Shown here: one piece after another, positions 58,534 to 64,000 of the stretch
Layout: each line of letters starts with the position of its first letter
How positions within the stretch are numbered: position 1 is the first letter of the stretch
Assembly (NCBI GenBank): GCA_964572255.1
Contig: CAZNEE010000002.1
Coordinates: 121,129 to 185,128, forward strand
DNA: 64,000 nt
From: an uncultured Planctomycetia bacterium
GTDB taxonomy: Bacteria; Omnitrophota; Gorgyraeia; Tantalellales; Tantalellaceae
Direction: 5' to 3'
Notes under the pieces: model-generated
The model's input: only the letters and a program-made list of their open reading frames with translations
What the model was told of the DNA's origin: nothing
Database searches by the model: none
Program-made: the position numbers and the translations under genes

Positions 58534-58910
58534 GTGTTACTATTGATCCTGATATTATCCGCCGCGCTCAGAACTGTTCTTTCAAGATGGTCGAGTAAAA
58601 GCGGTTTTGTAATGTATTCTATAGCGCCTAATTTTTTGGTTTCTTCTATCTTGCCGGCATCTCTAACGCCGCTTACAATTATGACACTGCAATTATTCCC
58701 AGTTTTCCTTATCTCTTTCAATGTCTCGATGCCGTTCATGATCGGCATATTTATATCCAAAATAACTATTTCGGGATTCTCGGCCTCGACCAGCCGTATC
58801 GCCTCTTTCCCGTTATGGGCCATGAAGGTCTGAAAATCCCTTTCCCTGAAGAAAGTTTTCAGGAAATCACATATATCAACTTCGTCATCGACGATCAATA
58901 TCTTTATCAT
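58530..58910 (-). CDS. response regulator receiver domain protein
   Basis: MIKILIVDDEV...ILDINMPIMNG...VSGVRD. Start set at the ATG that overlaps the upstream stop (ATGA). Confidence 0.75.
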   Translation of the reverse strand: MIKILIVDDEVDICDFLKTFFRERDFQTFMAHNGKEAIRLVEAENPEIVILDINMPIMNGIETLKEIRKTGNNCSVIIVSGVRDAGKIEETKKLGAIEYITKPLLLDHLERTVLSAADNIRINSNT

Positions 58911-59068
58911 CTGTTCTCCTGATCCTCGATCCATTTGTCAATCGTTTCTCTCTTGAAACGCCATTTTGACCCTACTTTGAAGGCGGGAATTTTCCCCTCT
59001 TGAGCGTGCTTATAGATCGTAGCGTTTTTCATCTTAAGATATTCAGCTACTTCTTCTACCGTCATCAT
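58907..59068 (-). CDS. excisionase-family (AlpA/Xis-like, MerR superfamily) HTH DNA-binding protein, 53 aa
   Basis: MMTVEEVAEYLKMKNATIYKHAQEGKIPAFKVGSKWRFKRETIDKWIEDQENR fits the 'helix-turn-helix, excisionase family' pattern. Its stop overlaps the receiver gene start. Too short for the ORF track. Confidence 0.5.
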   Translation of the reverse strand: MMTVEEVAEYLKMKNATIYKHAQEGKIPAFKVGSKWRFKRETIDKWIEDQENR

Positions 59069-59237
59069 TGTGCTAACAACCATAACTCCCCCTGAACTTA
59101 GTAAATATTACTATGCTTTAATACAAATTGGATTTTATTGCGCCAAATTGCGCTCTTTTGGCGTTATTTGTTACTTATTAGATAGTATAATGAGAGAAAT
59201 AGTCCAAGTCAAGTTTTGGCATTATTTATCAGATCTC

Positions 59238-59399
59238 TATATATGCGGTTTGAACTGTTTGGAGCAGGGCATCAAATCTGCGAGCGGGCAAGGTTCGCCA
59301 GCTGTTAAATCGCAGCGAGAGCGAGAAGATTTCTGAGTCAAAATTTCTCGCTGGGAAATTTTGACGTCCCTGCGAAAGACAGTTTAAACCGCATATATA
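59238..59399. repeat. ~160-nt palindromic repeat element, copy 2 (inverted relative to copy 1)
   Basis: Terminal repeats TATATATGCGGTTTGAACTGTT / AACAGTTTAAACCGCATATATA. The interior is ~85-90% identical to the reverse complement of 34102-34247. Ends 2 nt from the pgpA stop codon. Confidence 0.65.
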
Positions 59400-59400
59400 A

Positions 59401-59853
59401 TTAGTGAAAAAGGAATGCTAAGACTTGAAGGATGATATTTGTGTAAATGGCGCCTACGAGGTCATCCAGCATTATGCCCCATCCGCCCCGGACACCCTCA
59501 AGTTTAGCCATCGGAGGGATCTTTATGATATCTATGATCCTGTAAATTATAAAACCCGCAACGATATATAAAAGTTTATAAGGCACGAATAAAAAAGCGA
59601 TCAATATGCAGGCAAATTCGTCAATGACGACTTTTGACGGATCTTTCTCCCCTGTCTCGTCTTCAATAACTCCGCTCGATATAACGCCAAGGATGAAAAG
59701 AATAACAAAAGAGACGAACTGTACCAGCGGATTATTGTGAAGAATCAAATACAGCCCCAGCCCCGCTAAACTGCCTACAGTCCCCGATGCTATCGGCGAA
59801 TAACCAAGTCCGCATACTGTCGCTATAACTTCGTGCACTTTGTTTGACCTCAT
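59401..59853 (-). CDS. pgpA: phosphatidylglycerophosphatase A
   Basis: VIATVCGLGYSPIASGTVGSLAG signature; 150 aa membrane protein. Confidence 0.75.
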   Translation of the reverse strand: MRSNKVHEVIATVCGLGYSPIASGTVGSLAGLGLYLILHNNPLVQFVSFVILFILGVISSGVIEDETGEKDPSKVVIDEFACILIAFLFVPYKLLYIVAGFIIYRIIDIIKIPPMAKLEGVRGGWGIMLDDLVGAIYTNIILQVLAFLFH

Positions 59854-59868
59854 ATTTGAGCCCCTTCC

Positions 59869-60453
59869 TTATCCTTTCTTGATCTGGTAATTCCTGTTCC
59901 CTATTAGATATGAAGCTCCGCTTATTACTGTTAAAGTCACTGTTGCAAGCATCAAGATAAATATTAATTGCCTATACCAATACTCGAACTCGGCGTTCCA
60001 AAAACCGAACTGTCTTACACCCATCTCCTTGAATATTATAAAAAGCAATATAACAAAGATCGAGAACATCTGGAAAACGGTTTTATGTTTCCCTCCCTTA
60101 CCGGCATAAAGTACATCATTGTTTTTCATGGCTTTCAATCTTATGCTCGTGATCAAAAGTTCTCTCATTATTATGATGAATACCATCCAGGCGGGCACAA
60201 GTTTCATCTCAACGAACGCAAGAAATGCCGCTATCGTCAGGACTTTATCCGCTATGGGATCCATTATCTTCCCGAAATCCGAAGTAATATTGTATTTTTT
60301 CGCTATAAAACCGTCGAGATAATCGCTGAACGCGGCCACCAAAAAAGTAGCCAACGCCAGAATTTTAAAAGTCACTCCCCGCGAAAACAGGAATACCATA
60401 AATAAAAATGCAAGTGCGATACGCGCCAGAGTTATTTTATTCGGCAGGTTCAT
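59869..60453 (-). CDS. pgsA: CDP-diacylglycerol--glycerol-3-phosphate 3-phosphatidyltransferase
   Basis: CDP-alcohol phosphatidyltransferase motif DYLDGFIAKK...GKIMDPIADK. Confidence 0.8.
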   Translation of the reverse strand: MNLPNKITLARIALAFLFMVFLFSRGVTFKILALATFLVAAFSDYLDGFIAKKYNITSDFGKIMDPIADKVLTIAAFLAFVEMKLVPAWMVFIIIMRELLITSIRLKAMKNNDVLYAGKGGKHKTVFQMFSIFVILLFIIFKEMGVRQFGFWNAEFEYWYRQLIFILMLATVTLTVISGASYLIGNRNYQIKKG

Positions 60454-61793
60454 GCAACTTCCCCCATAAGGTCATACTCTAAAGTGCCCGTTATTCTTAC
60501 GTTACAAAAATTATACAGCTCTGCGTTGCCTTTAACATAAATAACACCGTCCACCTCGGGGGCTTCCATCTGGCTTCGTCCTATAAAATGTTCTCTGCCG
60601 GAAGGGTCTTTTTCATCAATAAGAACTTTCACCTCTTTATTTAACCATTTAAGGTTATTCTCATGTGAAATTTTCTGTTGAAGACTCATCACTTTATCGA
60701 ATCTCTCTTTTTTTAATTTTTCCGGAACTTGACCGTCAAAATTCGCGGCCGGAGAACCTTCTTCGCGGGAATATACAAAAGCCCCTAACCTCTCGAACCT
60801 GGTATCTTTTAAAAACTTGAGCAGTTCATCGAACTCTTCTTCGGTTTCGCCGGGGAAGCCTACAATAACCGAAGTTCTGATCGTAACATCTTTTATTTTT
60901 TTTCTCGCTTTTTCTATCAATTTCTCTATTTCGGATCTCGTGACACGCCTGTTCATCGCCTCTAAGATATTATCATTTATATGCTGTATGGGCAAATCAA
61001 TATATTTGCATATATTGCCTCTATCAGCGATCATATCTATCAGTTCATCTGTAAAGTGCGCGGGGTGCGCATAAAGGAGCCTTACCCAGCCGTCCTTCAT
61101 CGTCTGGCTAGCCTTCTTAATAAGCTCGATGAGTTCTCCTTTTCCCGTTCTTTCAATGCCAAATGATGTAATATCTTGTCCTATAAGAACGATCTCCTTC
61201 ACGTCACATTCATTTTTTAATTTTTCGACTTCCTTCACGACAGAATCTATCGTCCTGCTCCTATGTGGGCCTTTAATTTGAGGGATCACGCAATACGAAC
61301 ATCTGTTTGAACATCCTTCCTGGATTTTTACATACACGTAATGCGGCGGCGTAAGAAATTTTCTCTCGTGAAAGCTTGAACTGAACGAACTGGGAGGATC
61401 TGCCACCTTCTGAACCTTTTTCCCCGCAAGTATCTCTTCGATCATATCGGGCATAGAGCCGAATTCTGCGGTTCCGAATATGCCGTCTATTTCTTTTATC
61501 TCGCTCGCAAGTTCGGCGGGATACCTCTGGGAAAGACAACCACAGACGACCAGTTTCTTCAGCTTGCCTTCTTTCTTCAGCTCTGCAAGATGCAGTATCA
61601 TTTCGATCGATTCCTGCTTGGCATCCTGTATAAACCCGCAGGTATTGATTATGCCTACATCTGCTTCTTCAGCTTTTTCAGTGATCTGGAATCCTTTTTT
61701 TTCGAGGGAAGCGAGTAAAACTTCACTATCGGTAAGATTGCGGGGACAGCCCAGACTGAGAAGATAAATTTTTTTCAAAGACGAGATACCCAT
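60450..61793 (-). CDS. rimO: ribosomal protein S12 methylthiotransferase
   Basis: UPF0004 N-domain LGCPRNLTDSE, radical SAM GCSNRCSYCVIP, and a C-terminal TRAM domain. Confidence 0.8.
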   Translation of the reverse strand: MGISSLKKIYLLSLGCPRNLTDSEVLLASLEKKGFQITEKAEEADVGIINTCGFIQDAKQESIEMILHLAELKKEGKLKKLVVCGCLSQRYPAELASEIKEIDGIFGTAEFGSMPDMIEEILAGKKVQKVADPPSSFSSSFHERKFLTPPHYVYVKIQEGCSNRCSYCVIPQIKGPHRSRTIDSVVKEVEKLKNECDVKEIVLIGQDITSFGIERTGKGELIELIKKASQTMKDGWVRLLYAHPAHFTDELIDMIADRGNICKYIDLPIQHINDNILEAMNRRVTRSEIEKLIEKARKKIKDVTIRTSVIVGFPGETEEEFDELLKFLKDTRFERLGAFVYSREEGSPAANFDGQVPEKLKKERFDKVMSLQQKISHENNLKWLNKEVKVLIDEKDPSGREHFIGRSQMEAPEVDGVIYVKGNAELYNFCNVRITGTLEYDLMGEVA

Positions 61794-62614
61794 CTGTCGC
61801 CGATTCGGACGCCTTCTGAGGAAACTATTATATTCTTAACTACCCCAAAAGCCACAACACCTAATCTTCTGGTATTGACCACGAAAACCAGATTTTCCGC
61901 TTTCCCGGTCCAAACGGTAAGCTCGCCGCTGGATTTCCATGTTTTACTTTCGCCGTCATGCAAAGTTCCGATATACAGCGCCTCTTCGCCTTCGGCCACT
62001 TTTACCCAAACATCGCCTTCGGCTCTCAAGGTAAGAACAACAGGCGCAAATTTAGAAACTTCCCTTCTTGCGGGTGCTGTATATGTTTTCGTGTCAGGCT
62101 TTTTTGCGGCAGCAGTTGATGCTGTTTTACCGGAAGACCTTGCAGGTTTTCGTTCGGCTTGGGCGGTTTTTCTCGAAACTGCCGTGACTTTCTTAGGCTC
62201 TCCGGCCGTAAACTTTGTTTTGATCTTTCCCACAAGCACAAAGATGAGGATAACAAGCACAAACGATAAGACCCCTACAAGGATCGCCTGAAAACGCTTA
62301 TCATCGATCGCAAGAGATGCTGTCTTTTTTCTTTCCTCCTCTTCGATAACATATTTCTGTTCCTGCTCGGGAATTCCCGAAGAGATCTTTTCGTATCTTT
62401 TTAAAATATCGTCTGTATCAAGCTTTAAAAATGCAGCGTACTTTTTCAGGAAACTCTTGGTATAAACCTTATTCAGCCTGTCAAATACACCGCTCTCAAT
62501 ATCTTTTATAACATTTGAATGAATGCGGGATTTTCTGGAGGTCTCTTCTACGCTTAACCCTTTTTTCTCCCGCACATCTCGAAATATTTTTCCAAGTTCT
62601 TTAGCCGCTGACAT
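61775..62614 (-). CDS. rodZ: RodZ-like cytoskeleton protein (XRE HTH, TM helix, C-terminal domain)
   Basis: HTH LGKIFRDVREKKGLSVEETSRKSRI, single TM helix ILVGVLSFVLVILIFVLV, Pro/Thr/Ala/Lys-rich linker. Confidence 0.6.
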   Translation of the reverse strand: MSAAKELGKIFRDVREKKGLSVEETSRKSRIHSNVIKDIESGVFDRLNKVYTKSFLKKYAAFLKLDTDDILKRYEKISSGIPEQEQKYVIEEEERKKTASLAIDDKRFQAILVGVLSFVLVILIFVLVGKIKTKFTAGEPKKVTAVSRKTAQAERKPARSSGKTASTAAAKKPDTKTYTAPARREVSKFAPVVLTLRAEGDVWVKVAEGEEALYIGTLHDGESKTWKSSGELTVWTGKAENLVFVVNTRRLGVVAFGVVKNIIVSSEGVRIGDRWVSRL

Positions 62615-62616
62615 TT

Positions 62617-64000
62617 TTATTCCACACTTTCAAAATCCTCTACCAATATGTCCCTGGGTTTTGATCCGTTATACGGGCCCACTATACCTTCTGCTTCCAT
62701 TATGTCTATCATTCTCGCAGCCCGGGTATACCCGACCCTGAGTCTTCTCTGCAGCATGGAAACAGATGCCTGTTTTGTCTGTATCACTATCTTTACCGCT
62801 TCATTAAAAAGTTCATCTTTTTCCTGTTCGACCCCGGCTGCTTTTGTTTCCTGTTTTTCAATCGCATCCTGCAGATATCTAGGGCCCGACTGGTCCTTTA
62901 TGAATTTTACTATTTGCCTTATCTCGCTATCCTCTACAAGACTGCACTGTCCCCTTATAATACTGGATTCCCCCGGCTCCATGATCAGCATGTCCCCTCT
63001 TCCAAGCAATTTTTCCGCGCCGTTTGTATCTAAAACCGTCCTGGAATCTACCTTCGAAGCGACTTTAAACGATATCCTTGCCGGAAAATTCGCTTTGATA
63101 ACACCGGTAATTACATTAACTGAGGGGCGCTGTGTAGCAAGGATCATATGTATGCCCGCAGCGCGCGAAAGCTGGGCAAGACGCATTATCGCGCCTTCGA
63201 TGTCCTGCTGTGAAACAGCCATAAGATCCGCCAGCTCGTCAACTATCACAACAATATAAGGTATACTTTCCCAATCATCTTTTGCTTTTTGTTTGTATGC
63301 GGTTATGTTCCTTACGCCTTTTTCGGCAAAAATATCATAACGTCTTTCCATCTCGCTTACCACCCATCCGAGAGCCGCAGCTACTTTTTTAGGATTGGTA
63401 ACGATCGGCGATACAAGGTGCGGTATCCCTTCGAAAATCATAAGTTCCACTCTTTTGGGGTCCACCATAACAAACCTGACTTCGTCAGGCGAGGAATTGA
63501 TTAAAAATGCGCTGATCACGGAGTTCAAACAAACTGTTTTACCGGAACCCGTCGCCCCCGCTATCAAAAGGTGAGGCATCTTTTCAAGATCAAGCACTAT
63601 CGGCGTTCCTGAGATGTCTTTCCCTAAAGCTATTTTCAGAGGAGAGTCCTCTTCCGCATATTCACTAGTCTGGAGTATTTCTTTTAAAAGAACCAGTTCA
63701 CTTTTCTCGTTAGGAACTTCTATCCCTATAGTTCCTTTGCCCGGAAGCGGAGCGACGATCCTTATATTAGCTGAACGCATGGCAAGTGAGATATTGTCTC
63801 CAAGCGAGGTGATCCTGTTCACTTTTGTGCCCACGGCAGGCTCAAGCTCGTACATTGTTATGACGGGGCCCCTGTTTATTTTAGTGACTTTGGCTTCAAC
63901 CCCAAATTCAAGCAAAGTCCTTTCCAAAAGCGCCGCTTTTGATTTAAGCGTTTCTGCTCTTTCTTTTTCTATCCCTTTGGGCGGGCTTTTTAATAGATCC
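62617..64000 (-). CDS. ftsK: DNA translocase FtsK (C-terminal motor and gamma domains; N-terminus beyond the window)
   Basis: Walker A GATGSGKT and the gamma domain. The reading frame stays open to the window edge. Confidence 0.85.
   Translation of the reverse strand, partial: DLLKSPPKGIEKERAETLKSKAALLERTLLEFGVEAKVTKINRGPVITMYELEPAVGTKVNRITSLGDNISLAMRSANIRIVAPLPGKGTIGIEVPNEKSELVLLKEILQTSEYAEEDSPLKIALGKDISGTPIVLDLEKMPHLLIAGATGSGKTVCLNSVISAFLINSSPDEVRFVMVDPKRVELMIFEGIPHLVSPIVTNPKKVAAALGWVVSEMERRYDIFAEKGVRNITAYKQKAKDDWESIPYIVVIVDELADLMAVSQQDIEGAIMRLAQLSRAAGIHMILATQRPSVNVITGVIKANFPARISFKVASKVDSRTVLDTNGAEKLLGRGDMLIMEPGESSIIRGQCSLVEDSEIRQIVKFIKDQSGPRYLQDAIEKQETKAAGVEQEKDELFNEAVKIVIQTKQASVSMLQRRLRVGYTRAARMIDIMEAEGIVGPYNGSKPRDILVEDFESVE

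Noticed and set aside
58907-59068. Excisionase-family HTH taken as evidence of a prophage or integrative element
   Set aside because: No integrase, recombinase, attachment-site-like tRNA junction or phage genes are adjacent. The gene is translationally coupled to a REC / HD-GYP operon.

Overview
This is a low-GC bacterial chromosomal window, very likely from an uncultivated lineage, with almost all genes on the minus strand. Housekeeping genes are clearly recognisable: aroB, ilvD, trxB, yggS, the feoAB iron transporter under an ArsR-family regulator, the dnaG-rpoD pair, rsmE, an MtaB-like methylthiotransferase, rimO, pgsA/pgpA, uvrA, rnhA, dtd, ridA, a TonB/ExbB/ExbD cluster and the 3' part of ftsK. 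RNA genes are an RNase P RNA (type A, next to rnhA) and three tRNAs (Val-CAC, Met-CAT, Ala-CGC).

Five things stand out:
- A single 11.3 kb ORF (3767 aa) encodes a membrane-anchored giant protein. It contains a kinase-like domain, pentapeptide repeats, an embedded ECF-sigma-like segment next to a two-helix membrane hairpin, GNAT and methyltransferase domains, and two putative peptidase modules (an HExxH metalloprotease motif and a papain-like Cys/His arrangement). Four copies of a near-identical 'DGFGPGTPxxDQ' linker sit at roughly 260-320 aa intervals, which gives it a polyprotein-like look.
- Two paralogous genes for secreted PEP-CTERM proteins each carry a conserved leader that matches the c-di-GMP-I (GEMM) riboswitch and ends in an intrinsic terminator. 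The two copies show compensatory base changes in the GNRA-capped P2 hairpin.
- Both halves of an AmmeMemoRadiSam system carry export signals. The AmrS radical SAM enzyme has a twin-arginine signal and the fused AmrB-AmrA protein has a Sec signal, which suggests an extracytoplasmic version of this uncharacterised system.
- A ~150-nt element with terminal inverted repeats occurs twice, each time abutting a stop codon. Two further long perfect inverted repeats are present.
- A 37-aa polylysine micro-ORF with a strong ribosome-binding site lies over a tandem repeat.

An HD-GYP c-di-GMP phosphodiesterase operon (excisionase-family HTH, receiver, HD-GYP) sits in the same window as the riboswitches. 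No transposase, integrase or CRISPR array was seen.
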